Below, piece after piece: positions 48,651-62,756 of a DNA stretch of 64,000 nt. Location: contig JBHGNT010000008.1 in assembly GCA_043228905.1 (NCBI GenBank), positions 18,104,001 through 18,168,000 of the forward strand, in the 5' to 3' direction. This DNA is from Azolla caroliniana. Taxonomy: Eukaryota > Plantae > Polypodiophyta. The notes below the pieces were generated by a model. It was not told the DNA's origin and searched no databases. It worked only from the letters and a program-made list of their open reading frames with translations. Position 1 is the first letter of the stretch; each line of letters begins with the position of its first letter. Position numbers and translations under genes: made by a program.

Positions 48651-51100
48651 ATTACAATTGTGATATTGTACCTCATTTTTCATATCCATCACCCGTGATT
48701 TTTGATAACTACAAAACTCAAACACTTGTAAAGCTTGTGATAGTGTCTTTTGAATATCCAACAACACATCATCAAATGGAGTTTTTACCAACAATGCATT
48801 ACATCTGTCTAGAAAGTGTTGTATCAAACTCCTCTTTTGTTTACATATGGATGCTTGATAAATTCCATAATATCATGTAAATCATTGAATATTGGAAAGA
48901 CAAATATCCCATGACGAAACACTGCGGACATTGACTTGTCTTGTAAACTCCCCCACCAATTGTCCCATAATATGTTTAAACTTATCATGTCCAAGAAAAG
49001 ATGAATTAAATCTCAATGCTTGTCTTCCCAATAAAATTCTAAACCCGTCCACATTTTGATGTGCGCATTCCAAAACAACTAGGAAGTGATCTAATGATCC
49101 AATTCCCCTATACACTTGCATAGTCAAAAACTTTGGCAAGAATGTGTCATCATGCATAATATAAATACGATCCAATGTACTCCACGTTGATCTATATTGT
49201 GTTGATTGGAACGTATAACCAACATCATTTCCACTGACCCAAGTCCATGCATCATACCTTAAGACCTTCATTATAAACAAATCCCATGCCTCTAGTTTGG
49301 GACCATCCATTAGGCCATGCATCAAAGTAGATTGGCCCACCTCAGAACACATATTAAAATACCCTAACAAAAAACTTGATCTTCCATGATGTAAAACTTG
49401 ATTTAACATCTCCAAAAATCCATACATTGCCTTGCAACATTTGATCCATAAATACCAACCACCCAAATCTGTTTCCCTTCATACTTAACTTTGAACCACT
49501 TACATCTCTTTGAACCACTATTGGTTGCAAACTATCCCTTACAACAAGCATTACATCGGAATAAGTCCCTCCATTGACTCCAGTATAAAAAACATAATAT
49601 TGCTTATGATGAAAAAAAGACCCAAACTTAGCATGCTCCTTATGTTCTGCTGCACATAATATATCCCATTACTAAAAATACTTTTCCACATACCATATTG
49701 ACTAGATGGAGAACAAATTCCCCTTACATTCCATGTGACTATCTTCATCACTCACTACTTATGTTTCATCTTGGCCTATTCCTATTCCCGTTGTGCCAAT
49801 ATCTTTGGTATATCACCAAAATAATCACTTAAAACTACAAACGCATTTTGCACAAATGGTCGTTGATTATTGGCGGAAACCATTGTCCCCAATGAATTAT
49901 TTATTTTCCAATTTTGTTTCTATAATGGTAGATTGATTTTACCGTTCTTATCAAACCTAATATTGAATGGTTTGGTCCCTTGATTAGATTGTCTATACTG
50001 TGACCCTTGCCACGATTTTGGCTTTCCTTTCAAGTCGTCATAATTATGTGCATGTGATAACCCCATAGGATTACTAGAGGAACTACCCCTCTCTTGCCCA
50101 TGATGTTCATACACTTTGTCTTTTTTGTACCTTGGATGATTGACCTTAGAGGCCACCTTAATCCAAGATCCATCCTCATCCCTTAAATATTGTCTTCTTT
50201 CTTCAATATCTTTTTCTTTATAATCCAAAATAACACCCTTACCTTTTTCCACATTTGCCTCCTTACTTTTCAACATCTCGTTATCATTCAATATATACTC
50301 TGGCATTAACACATCACCATGGGATTATTAGTCACCTCCACTACCTGATTTTTTTGACATTTTGCCATGAAGTGGCCCAAACCACCACATCGGAAGCAAT
50401 GACCGGCAAATGATCCCCAATGTAATTGGCAATGGAATAACCTCATCTCTTCAGTTTTTATGTTTACCCACAAAGGTCTCTTTTTAGTTGTATTCCATAA
50501 CATACATAACCTATATCTATTATATGCTTTGGCATTTGGGGCTACTATCACCTTTCCCAATTGTTCCATTGTACCCTAAACTATAGGCCATAAAAAAGAA
50601 AATTTACACTCTACTTCCACCCATATTAGATACTCTTGTTTCAAAATTTCCTGAAACTTAGCCAGTGGTCTCCAAGGGACAATATAGACTAAATTATTAT
50701 TATAAAATACTAGCAGGCATGATAACAATCTATCTCGTTGTTCTTCAGTGCAAAAAATGACCTCAAAAAAACCTCTTGGACCTTTATACACATCTTCCAC
50801 ACTATTTCTACCTACCATTGCATTTAGCCATTGTGGCAACCAATGTACCAAAGTATTTTTCTCCCAACACATGTGCATATGATGGTTTTGGTATCATATC
50901 CATATCCACCACATGCGTATTATTACTATCAAACTTTTGTTTCTTTAGAATAACCTCATCATCTCCTTCTCCTCTCTCGCACCGTTTTTGTCTCTCATTG
51001 ACATCTTCATCCATCCCTTCCATAATACTATGCCCCAACTAGAATGAAAAGGAAACTAATATGAGGATAATTAACCCGGAATAGAGAATATGACATTTGA
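48651..51100 (-). mobile_element. L1-type LINE 2 relic (ORF1 + endonuclease), RT lost; boundaries approximate
   Basis: CFRCGGLGHFMAKC knuckle; MKIVTWNVRG at 49748; LDRIY and LDH APE motifs. Confidence 0.85.
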
Positions 51101-53067
51101 AATTGTTGTCGAAGAAGAATGTTTCTGTAGAACTTGCCCAATTATGTTGATGTAGCCTCTTCTTCTTCTATTTATGTGACTTATCTGTCTCTGTCTCTAT
51201 CTTTCTCCCTCCTTTGTCTCCTTCCTTTTCATCTACTTCAAAAAAGGAGAAGGAACGATGGGTATCTCTATCTCTTCTTCTCTGTTTTGTTGGTAGCCTC
51301 TCTGGTACTAAAGATGACAATAACAGCGCCTAGGCCTCCCTCTCCCTCTCTCTCTGGGAGAGCTTTACATTGTATGATGGTTGATGGGCTACCATGTCCT
51401 TGATGTGGACATATGTGATGTATTTGATTATGAAATGTTTTAAATACTTGATCTCACATCACACTTTGCATGTAAGATCAATGCCTTATAACTAGATAAC
51501 TTTGAATGGGTAAGGCATGCCTACAAGTTGTTATGAGGATAATTTCTCTTCTTGCAAGGGAAGCAATGGAAATGACAATTTGGTAATACGCAGCCACTCT
51601 CTATTATCTTATTGACAAGAGTAATGATCATGAGAGACATTATATAATGTCCATTAGAGATCAAATTGATCAATAGGATTAGGATTAGACCATGTAGAGT
51701 GTTGAACATCAACTCTCTCAATTTTATGACTTTGATGCTATAATGCAAACCAACACTAGAGGAGGCACAACAATGATCATGTAAGATTTTTGTAGTTTGA
51801 GTTGACCATATTACTTGTAATGGTTTATAGGCTTTGATATTGAAGTGTATCGAATCAACGATTGAAATGCAAGGAAGCATCAAATAAACCATTTGGTGTA
51901 CATGTGAAAACAACACCTCTAGATTTGCTTGCTTTGATGAAATTGGCCCACAAGTGTGTCCACATGTCATCTACATTGGAAATGAGACATTAGATCCAAT
52001 TATTTAATAATTAGCAATATCAAAAAAGGTGTGAACATGAGGAATTTTGTTGGTAGGAAGGGTGCACTTTTCCATATGAGCATTCAATAATATAGGTATG
52101 AGATTTCTAACTAGGGAATGACCACTCACCATTAGTATACCGTTAATACTCTAAGATATTAAATCTAATAAGAGAGATGATAATGATATTCGAAGATAAT
52201 ATCATCACAAGGATCCCTTATGTAGATATTGGATAGGGTGAGTTTCAATTGTTTAAGGTTTAGTATTCATGCATGTACACGTTTTTCCATTCAAGAGCCC
52301 ACACTTAACACCCTTCAAGGCCGACATCTCCATACCTTTCTTTGCACTTACCCTAATATGTCCCACTATGCTTATAAAACCTCACATTTTAAAGTCTTGA
52401 TGGGCTAAAGCATAGGGAAAAAGTTGGACGGTTTTTAAAATATATAATGATAGTTCGTACGTTAGAGAATATAGGACTAGGTTGATGCCAACACCATAAT
52501 GTGTATCCATAGACAAAAATGTAACCAATGACAAGTATGGAGAAAATGAGGACGGAGAATCACTACATACAATATATGTTTAGGACAACAAGTTTCTTTG
52601 TAGCAAGTATGGAAAATCGTCGTATCACTAAATAATGTGTGTTGGCTGCTACTAGAGAAATTAGTGTTGGGTTGACCAAATCTGTCTTGGAAAGCGTGAA
52701 TTCTTGTATTGTCACACGACACTATCGAACCAAAGTTCCTAGACATGACTTCCACAGAAACTAGTTAATCGAAAATGTGGTATGCTTTTGGGCTCTCAAT
52801 GCACTAGAATGAAAAAAAGAATCAATATACTAGCAAATCTCCTTCTACACTTTGCGTTATAGATTAATACACAAACTTTTTTCTATATTTTTTTTCACTA
52901 TTACCGCCGAGCACTCTATTGCATCCCAACAACCCGATCGAGTGTGTTGTTTGTATAGGGGAGAAGATAAGGGGTAGGGGCGAAATACTGCTCTAGAAAC
53001 AAGCGACCAAATGAACTAGAGAGTGATTTTACCAAACTAGACTGATTCCACTAAATTGTCTCATATT

Positions 53068-53149
53068 TGGATCGAGCTGGATTTGAACCAACATAGGCAT
53101 CGCCAACAAATTTAGAATTTGTCCCCATTAACCACTCAAGAATTAACCC
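53068..53149 (-). pseudogene. trnY: Degenerate plastid-type tRNA-Tyr (organellar insertion)
   Basis: Minus strand GAGTGGTTAATGGGGAC…GGTTCAAATCCAGCTCGATCCA matches plastid trnY-GUA as recalled; anticodon arm mutated. Confidence 0.75.
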
Positions 53150-53861
53150 ACAATTTCAAAAATAAAGGGTCATAAAAGTTTTCTTTCTAGGAAAATAACT
53201 ATTTACTTGGTGAATGGTTCCCTTCCCGGGATATTGATGTCTAAGAGCAAAAGTCAAGGGTTTGAATCCCATTTTCTCTTATCTAAAATACAAGAGTGAT
53301 ACACGTATGTGTTATCAAATAATAAACAAGATTAGTATAATAAGAAGAAGAGGACTGGGGCACCCAAGACAATACATACAAAGATACCTTCATTCACTAA
53401 AAACACAACATCATCACAACCAATAGTATCATTCTTGTTCTTCTTCTTGTTGCCGCTAAGGGCATTGGGTAAAATGTGGGCCATGAATCAATATATCTAG
53501 TACATGTATACATAGAAACAATTGATGCAAGGATGATAGAGAAAAGAAGATGATCGGGTCCAACAAGTGAGGGTGGACAAAAGAAAAACCCTTCCTCCCT
53601 CCCTTTCTCTCTCTATCCAAATCACCTTGACATGGCATTGATCAACCATTGACTTGCCCTGGCTTGTGCTTTAGGGTTAGATATTACCTTGACCCAAACG
53701 GAACTTGATACTAGATCATTGACATCGTCATCTTGTTCTTCTTTCCGAGGTTTCTCTTGAAAGGGGCAAGCACATACCAATAGCAGCAACAGGAGACTAC
53801 AAGGTGTACATATACAATAACAGAGAGAGCGACATAGAGGGACCCAACTCAAGGTGAGTGG

Positions 53862-53990
53862 TAGACCAACCGATTGGGACTATTTGACCGAACGACCAAT
53901 TGCGGCTAGTCGATGAGCTAGACCAACTGATTGGGACTATCGGACGGACTGACCGACCAATTGTGGCTAGTTGACCGGCTGACCGATTGT
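53862..53990 (+). repeat. Short imperfect tandem repeat (2 x about 58 bp, GACC-rich)
   Basis: AGACCAACYGATTGGGACTAT…GACCAATTGYGGCTAGT occurs twice. Confidence 0.7.
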
Positions 53991-54060
53991 TGAGAGGATG
54001 ATGAAAAGAAGAAGAGGATTGGGCGACCCAAGAGAGAAAAAGAAAGACTAAATAAAATGA

Positions 54061-54420
54061 AAACCCTAAAGGACAGTTTGAAAAGAAAGCCTCTCTCTCT
54101 CTCTCTTTCTCTATGCCTTCATTCAACATCCTCTCTCTTCATTCACATCCTCTCTCTAGATCATCCCCTTCCTTGCTTCTCCTCCCCGTGCCTCCCTCTG
54201 CATTCCCCTTTTTCTGCTCCCTGCTCTCTCGCCATAGCCATAGCAATAGCCATAGCCACATCGTTGCAGTTCATGCTCTCCTGCGTCTCTACGCTTCACC
54301 TTACCCGTTCTACTGCTCTATGGATTCCGTTTCCCTGTTCCTGTAAACCCTAACCGTAAACCTAACTCCGATCTGTCGTTATCTTCCCTCGCATTCGCCA
54401 TAAACCTTAAACCTAACCCC
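54061..54420 (+). promoter_or_regulatory. Promoter/5' UTR with telo-boxes and a CT-rich tract
   Basis: AAACCCTAA at 54061 and 54345, further variants near 54358-54420, pyrimidine-rich leader upstream of the ATG. Confidence 0.6.
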
Positions 54421-54439
54421 TATTTTCTTCTTCTTCACC

Positions 54440-57400
54440 ATGGTGGCTGTGAAGACTCAGTACAGACTTAGCCGCTCCGATTATGACTGGCGCGCGGCTA
54501 AAACTCCTTCAAAACCTGCATCAAAGGGATTTTCGGGCTTCATCTTCGTCTGTGATGAGTCTACTAGACGAGATCTGGGGCGTATGGTCTTCGGTTAGTA
54601 TTTCGTCTTTCCTTTTGTTCTTATTTTCACGGACTATTTAAGTGAAGACGTGTCTGAACTCCGGCAGTTGTGCTTTCTTTGATCTGCGCTGGCTCAGCTT
54701 TTTTCTTTGGTTTAACTTTACCTCGTCATATATAGATCTCAGGTGGATATATGTATGTACACAAATCACGTATCACACAGCGCATATGTCATCATATACA
54801 GAGCTCAAAATTATGTACGTATGTATGTACATTCTTCATGAAAACTTTGTCAGATGGGGTATATATGTACATCTTTTCATGTGAGAAGACATTTCCGGTC
54901 TAGTTATGTTGTCTTGAATGCTGTAAAAGACAAACGTTTATTCCATATATACCTGAAATCCGACTGAAAACAGCCAGTTGTTGTAAGATTCGGTGATTGC
55001 TTGCACAATATCTTATCACATGGGGGGGTGCAGATGTATGTATGCGCATGCTTGCTGCCATTCTTAGATGTATTGTCCTTGTATACATTTTTCTTGTTAA
55101 AAAAACACGCGTCTGCATATTAGCAATGCTCATTACATACATAGGTCAAATGATGCGGATGGAAATTCTTAGTAACATATTTAGGCGTGACCCTGTTGTA
55201 TGGCTTTTCTTCTCTGAAAGCATGTCTTTTAAACACAGTAGCTCATTGTAATCAGAGCACATATGCTTTTATACGAATGCTTCAGAAATTCCTAGATTTG
55301 GTGTCCTTGCATGCACATTTCTTGTAAAATCGATATGTCTGCATAGAAGAGTTCGTCATCTGCATTGGTCTTGTAATATGAATATGAATGTGAATGCTTT
55401 GTTACTTCTTTAGGCATAGCCTTTCTGTATGATTTTTAATCCAAGAAAGCATGACTGCATAGCATGATAACTCATTACATACGAAGACCAGATGTATATA
55501 TGTATGTAAATGGCTTGTTCACATCTTTACACGTGTTTTTCACGTAAGAACTTAGAAGACATGTCTATACATATATCATGTGATACTTGTGAATGCTTGT
55601 TAACATACTTAGATTTGGTTTCGTCTCATATGTCCACATCCTTACATGTGTTTTCACATAAGAACTTAGAAGACATGTCTATACATATATCATGTGATAC
55701 TTGTGAATGCTTGTTAACATACTTAGATTTGGTTTCGTCTCATATGTTTTTTCATATAAGAAGATATATCTTGATTGCAGAATAGCTCATTAGAGGTCAC
55801 ATGTATACACATATATCAATACTTGTAGAAATCCATTTCGCTTTGTATAAATTTTCACGTAAGAGGTTTGTTTGTGTAATAGAATAGCTCATCGCATTGC
55901 TCTCTTATTATATGAGCAGACATGTCTGTGTAATAGAAAATCTCAGTGCATACAGAGATCAGATATATGTATGCGGAACCATGCTTATTGCCAGCTGAAA
56001 ACAGATGCATTATGTTTGACCATGGTAATAAGCATAAGACAAAGAAACATGATTTAATTCTGTGAGACTTGGCATAGCAGACAAAAAACTATATGTAAGA
56101 TTCTTCATAGGGTAGGGAGAACTCCCATATCTTGTTTTGTGCAGAACTAAGAAAGAATGACCAGAATTAATTCAGTGAGCCTAATCTGATTGCCATTTAA
56201 CTTCATTTATTTTTTAAGTCTAATTTTGTCATGCTATCAGGCCTCCCTGCATCGTTTAGGGATAAGGTACGGGTGATCCGAAGAGGAATGCCTTTGTTTC
56301 TTTACAACTTCTCTGAACGGTTGTTGTATGGTGTATTTGAGGTTTGTATAGTCTTTTCTTGATCTTATAGTTTTCTTAAACCTGTAGCTATTAATGGGTT
56401 GTAGGAACGTGATCTGACTTTGAAAAAAACTGTGTATTCCATCAGGCGGCAAGTGATGGCGGATTTAACCTTGACCCATATGCATGGGAAGACACTGATT
56501 CAAAGTCAGGACGGTCTTCAAATCCAGTTTCGAAATATCCTGCACAGGTGAGCGGTATGGAGTTTTGCTGCTCAAGGAGTTGTATGTATAGGCGTTTCTG
56601 ACTTTGACTTTTGATGGTGCTCAATGTACAGGTACGAATACGTGTTCGAGCTGAGAGAGATGCACTTGATGAAGAGTCATTTCGATCCATCCTTGATTAT
56701 GAGGGCCAGGGGTTTAAACTGGATTTGAATGCACGTCAGGTAGAATATGCTATTTTCAAGCTGAGGAAATTCCTAGAGCTGAACTGCTCACTTCCTTGTG
56801 TATATTAAGATTCCCATTTTGAAGATACTCACGTGATATTTTTACTAATGCAGGTGCAACAATTGATTCAGCTATTTGACTCTTCTGTACCTGTAGGGAG
56901 AAATATCGAAACTCGGAGCCCCTCTGCGGTTGAGTCTAGGGATCCGGAATCACCAGGGGCAGGATATAAATCAGATTCGTATTGTTCAAGTGATTGTTCG
57001 AGTAAAGGTGTGAATTCTGGTGAAGATGAGTGGAATGATGAAGCTGTAAATAATAAAATGCAATACCAACCGGAAGATGATCAAGGTGGACTTAGTGAAA
57101 GGCTAAACCATATGGATATAGAAGAATCTGAACATAATGACAGGCATTGCCATATTCCCAATACATCTGGTGAAATTGAAGGCACACCCTATTATAATGT
57201 ACAGTGTGAAGGGCGTTCTCAGAAGTTAGAGTATGCCAATTCTATGTTGAGAAGGCTTCATGACGATGATCCTGCTGTTAACAGTAATAGTTGCTTGCAA
57301 ACTAGAGGATATCGGCCATTGACAGTAAACAGACAGGATAATGCTGTAACAGTGGGAACAGTGCCGTCTCAAATTCCATTTTGTATGGATAATATGGTGG

Positions 57401-59792
57401 CTAAATGTCAACGACAAGAGAACCCAAACTTTGCTGCTCGCTCACATAATTCAACAAAATGGAGTGACCAAAAATTTCCTAGGAGCTCCTCAGGACATTT
57501 AAGAAAGCAAAGTATTGTGCAAGATAATATCCCTAGGTCAATGGATCACAGTCAACAAATGCCAACTGAGAACTGTCAAATTCAAGAACCTAATTCTTTT
57601 CCCAGTCAATTGCCAGTCTCTATGCCTCAAAATGCTGAAGGGCTGACCTTCACACAACCCCAAACGGTGGAGGATGTTCAAGTGTTTCCAGAAAAAAATC
57701 AGCATCTTATACAGAATGGTCCCATTGTGTTTGTGCCTTCTCAAGGCCGCGTTTTTGTTGAGGATTTACATTATGAAATCCTGAATTTTGCAAGAAGTAC
57801 AAGGCCTTCTCAACAAATTCAATGCCATGTTGAAGCTGCCATTGTTTGTGTTAGAGAAGGTGTTAAAAGAGTGTGGCCTGAAGCAAATGTTGAAGTGAGT
57901 ATCAGTCAAATGCATGCATAATCTGGCCAAGTAGTTTAGCAATCTTTATTTATGAATGGTCAGTTATGACATGGGTATTTGTACATCCTATGCACAAACT
58001 ACTTAAAACAAAATTCTAACCTGTATTCTTATCTTTAACTTCTTATATATAATATGTTTCCACTAGTCTTTTGTTATATTTGCATTTTTTAAACTTTGGT
58101 TTTAAGAGGATCTCATAAAATCCCCACTGTATTCTGTTAGATTTATCATGTGTCTTTATACTTCTGAGAGGTACATGGTAAATTGTCATTTTTTTGATTC
58201 CTCATATTCAATTGCAGGGGTGTATGTACACATACGAGATTTGCATACCTGGAATATTTTTGTCTAAATAATAAATGGTCTAAGTAGTTGTTATTTGATG
58301 AACAGGTGTTTGGCTCATTTGCGACAGGCTTATGCCTACAGCACAGCGATGTTGATTTAGCTGTCATTGATGCCCCACGGGATACATCTTTAGGAAAACT
58401 GACTATGACTCAAGCATCATCTGATCTGGTCCGTAAACTTGCAGAAGCTCTAAGGACGTATGAATGGTGTGAAAGCATCAATCCTTTAGATACGGCTTCA
58501 ATGCCTGTTCTGAAATGTCTTTGTAGACCCTTTACCACAGCAAATGCTCCATCAATTGCTGTTGACATAACGATTGGAGGTATAAAAAGTAGGAACCCAT
58601 CTTCTGATCAAGCACCAAGGCCCGGGAAGTTTAGTTCTCGTCACACTGGGGGTGCAGCTCGTGATTATGTGTTGCAGAAGATAAGAGAACTTCCTGCCCT
58701 CGCTCCATTGGTATGAAAATATTCAAAGACCTGTATTGGTAATCTTGTTTTGTATGCTATTTTTTTTGTTTTAATTGAATCCTTGATTGTCTACCAGGTT
58801 TTGCTACTAAAGTCATTTTTGCATCACAAGGGTCTGAGTAATGTTTACTCTGGTGGCTTGGGTTCCTTCTCTTTGACCCTACTTGTGGCCTTCTATTTGG
58901 AGGTATCTGTCAACATTATCTTAAATCAGCTGTCATGTTAATTTCGTTTATTTTGCATTTCTCACTATTTGATCTTATTTCTGTGATATGATAGCGAATC
59001 CATGTTCCTAGGGATATTTGTTCAGATGGAGGCAATGGTGATTCACCTACGTCTCTCTTAAAATCATCCCCATTGTCTTGCTCATCAGAGTTTTCGGATG
59101 ACTCTGATACACCGAGTACAAGTGGAAGATTCGGTGCATTGAGTTCAAGAGAGTCTAATGATCACAGTAGCCATTGTTTGGGTGAACGATACGTGAGACG
59201 AGCAGCAGATGCAATTGAAGGTGTATTGTCACATTGGGGTCATGGTAGTTCACCATGCCTCGGGAAGTTACTTCTTGGTTTCCTACACTCCTTTGGTGTT
59301 GCACTTGATCTCTCACGTGAGAAGATCGTTCTTAATGTGAGTGTTTCTACTACTGATTGATTATTGGATGATGTTCTATGCTTTACCTTGGTGTCATAAT
59401 TTTGAAGGGAATTGATGGAAGCCTTGGTGGCATATATAAACGCGAGGATCCTCATATTGCTTTGTGGATTGATGATCCATTGCGGCCAGGGGTAAATATT
59501 GGAGCTGGGTCCTATGGTATGGGGCGTGTTCGGGTAAACATTCAATTTTCATTCTGTGCCACGATTTTTTCTAGTTAGTTGTACAGGGTAAAAAGAACCT
59601 GACTTTCTCATTATGGTCAATTGGAATTATTTCTGACAGAATGCGTTTAAGGAAATGCTGGACGTCTTAGTTACACCATCAATGTTTGCATCACCACCTC
59701 TCCGTTGTGAGGAAAAACATTGCCAGGATTTGGCTTCATTTGCACAACTGCGCAATCTAAGCCAATTGATGAATGATGCCGATGGATGTTAA
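54440..59792 (+). CDS. DCD domain + TRF4/PAPD5-like nucleotidyltransferase, about 878 aa, 10 exons: 54440-54593, 56241-56341, 56446-56547, 56632-56739, 56854-57894, 58306-58710, 58798-58902, 58995-59336, 59408-59533, 59640-59792
   Basis: All introns GT-AG and frame-consistent (2637 nt). DCD motifs GFIFVC…VFGLP…PLFLYNF…GVFEAASDGG…AW…YPAQVR; NTase FGSFATGL…SDVD…VDIT; YSGGLGSFSL; PAP-associated LWIDDPLRPGVNIG. Confidence 0.9.
55520..55747 (+). repeat. Tandem duplication (2 x about 114 bp) in intron 1
   Basis: AAGAACTTAGAAGACATGTC…GGTTTCGTCTCATATGT occurs twice; more diverged copies nearby. Confidence 0.85.
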
Positions 59793-62756
59793 AAAAATAT
59801 TTGATGAATGTCATCCAAAGGTTATCTATCCTGGTAACTGGCACAACACCCTTATATCTTCCCTCAATGAAGATGGTTGTTCATATTATTCATATGTACA
59901 GAAGGTTGCCCAGTAACCATGGCGACTCCTTGTAGAAAAGTGAGGTCTATCATCATTTCACCTATTCAGAAGAAAATATATGATATGTCCTGTTGCAATA
60001 GTGCTCTACAGCCTATTTATAAGCCCTGTAACTCAGAAGTGTTCTGATGTTGACAGTAGGTAACTGAGCTAGAGTGTGGAGAACAAGAAGCTTCCTTGGA
60101 TTCAGAAACAGTTGGACAGCTCCTCAAGTGTACAGAAATGAAAGAAATGTCTTAATTATGTTTCTAAACCAAAAGCTATTGTGGAGTTTGATTTCTAAGA
60201 ATGAGAAACATTGCTTAGAATATGGTTCTATCTGATTTATTTTGCATGGAGCCCAGATCATCGTATTGATATTGTTGGGGTTAATAATTTCCTTTGACAA
60301 TAAACATTTTGCTCAGTTGGTTGGTGGCTGCAGGAGAAAGAGCAGGGAATGTGTAGATGAAAGAAAAAGACAAAAAAAGGTTGTATTTTCTGGGTTAGGG
60401 TTTGGTCTTTGCCTAAGGTAGTTTTTATCAAAAGACTCTGTAAATGGTGCCTGTTTGTGCACCTAAAATGTAAGATGCTGGATTTTCATTCTTATATCTC
60501 GTTTGCTCTACGAGTAACTTTGTTTATTACAATATATTAGTTTATTAATAGAGTTATTGTAGGAGAGTGGTGTAATGTCTCATGTTCTACTGAATTTGGA
60601 AAGCAATTATGGAGTAGAGTAGTACAATGTGCCTGGTTGAATTGATAAATATGCATTGAAGAGGTAATGTGCCCTTACTTTGTTTGCGTTGATGTAAAGA
60701 TTGAAGTATATTTGAAAATTTATCTCTGCTTATATTCTATGATTCTGTACTGTTCCAAAGGAGAGATGCAGTGTAGGAAAGGTGGTTTTTTAAGACATGT
60801 TTGAAAATTGGTATTCAAGTTTATCCTATGATTCTATACTTTATCAAAAAAGAAATGTGATATGTGAAAAGGGAGTTGAGCTCTTATTTGTGAAAAAAAC
60901 GTCTAGTGTTTTTCTATATATGTTAACATTGGCCTTTATGATTGATGTGGGAAACTTGGAAACACATGGTTTGTATGCAATTATGGGAACTTGTCACTAA
61001 TATGGTCATCTCCCTATAGGAGAGAATTACATATCCTTGGAGCTTAGATCTCTTGTCAATATACTATGTAAGATTTCTTCACCTTTTAAAAATATTGGTT
61101 ATTTTATTTAAGGTGTAAGTGGTGGTACATTACTATCTCGATTGACACATGGCATGGGGATTTGAGAACATTTACTGGGGTTGCTATGTGTATTATAGCT
61201 GGACATGTTTTGAGGGGAGAGTTATCTTGTTATGTGTGAATGGCAGAACTTGATGTGATTGGGAAGGGGTGTCAAGTGTAAGTGGTACAGTCATAAATTT
61301 TGTCAAATGGGGTCGGGACTTTTGAAAGGTTTTAGTAGGTTTGTTTAAAATTATTCTGTGTTCACTTAATATATCGTTTAGACAATTGTGCTTCTTTGCC
61401 CATAATGTTTTGTTCTTTGTCCATTTGATAAACTCCACTTTTCTTCGCGAGGGCAATAATTGGGTCTTACGATCTCTTATTCCTTATATCTTTATTCACA
61501 CGATCCTTTTTATTTTGTGTCCTCTTATTGTGCATGATTGCTGCAAAAAATGATGTCATCTCATTTTCGCCAAGTTGCATCATTGTTCTCCTCAACTTGG
61601 CCTCGTATGAGAGTGATGTTTCGCTCCACATCAAACAACATATATTGTATAAACTTGGTATATACTAAAAATAAGTACATCTTTCAACATCAAGGCTAGT
61701 GGTTCAAAGGGTGGCCCATCAAATACCTTTTACAAAAAGAACTTATTATATAGATACCAAAATTCTCTTATGTGTCAAGTTCCATCTTATGTGATTGTCG
61801 ATATTCTATACATTGTTCATCCACTTGGTTTTTGAATACACATTGTGAAAACAAATTCCTTGATTGGATGAGGTCTTACCATATTCATTGTGGGTTATAC
61901 TAAGTCAGTAACACAAGTCATTCAAGAGAATGTTCAATTATGTAATTTTGATCCAGATTTTCCCCAAGCAATATACTATTGAGGAGGCAGAATAACCGGA
62001 GTTCTCTCTCTATTTGGGACATTTTCCCTTGGTCACTTAAAAAGATATAACTACCATTACCTAATGTTGTTAAGTCCCATTGTATAACATAGTTGATCTT
62101 CCGTACAATGATCTTTTGCTTGGTTTTGGAGTACAACTCGGGTCCAAATAGTGGGCACATTGAAGTACTAACACAAAGTAGTTCATTGAAAAGATAGTTG
62201 AAATACTAGACAACAAATCTAGATCCCGCTTGGATCCTCGTCAACCAACATGATTCTAGGAGGTCAGGTAGTTAGATTCCTTTTTCTATCTTGAATATTT
62301 TCCCTTGACCATTTAAAACATGTGTAGATTTACATGTCCATGCTTGTGATTTGCTCGTCGTGGAACTTGATTAAGAAACAAAGTGGAAACAAGCACACGT
62401 TTTACCACTGTTGAAGGATTAATATATTGCACTTTATTGATTTAATAAAGGAAACACTTAATATTCCAGGTTTTCTTGATGAAAGTCTTGTCCATCTCGA
62501 AAACAAGAGTTTGAATATGATCATTTGTCATACAAGTGCTAGAAATACTTACATTTTATTATGACTTCCACAAATATTTGAATGTTGTATTGCCAATACA
62601 TAAAGGGTTATGTGCATCTCCTAGTATACCATTTGGTGAAGAAGCACTAGATTTTCCATATGGCATTGAACTTCACCCTAGAGATATAATTTGTAAACAA
62701 GGGTAGTTATGAAGCACCTCAATCAGCTCTATGCTTCCAATATTCGTTTTATCTTG

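Noticed and set aside
51400-52800. ORFs 51521-51970 and 52477-52755
   Set aside because: No recognisable motif; probably an ancient TE relic that cannot be classified by eye.
52915-52990. Short LSU rRNA-like words
   Set aside because: Matches are too short and discontinuous to support a call.
61400-62500. Possible minus-strand chromodomain/Gypsy relic (NDATW-like word near 61570-61590)
   Set aside because: Only one short motif and no supporting ORF.
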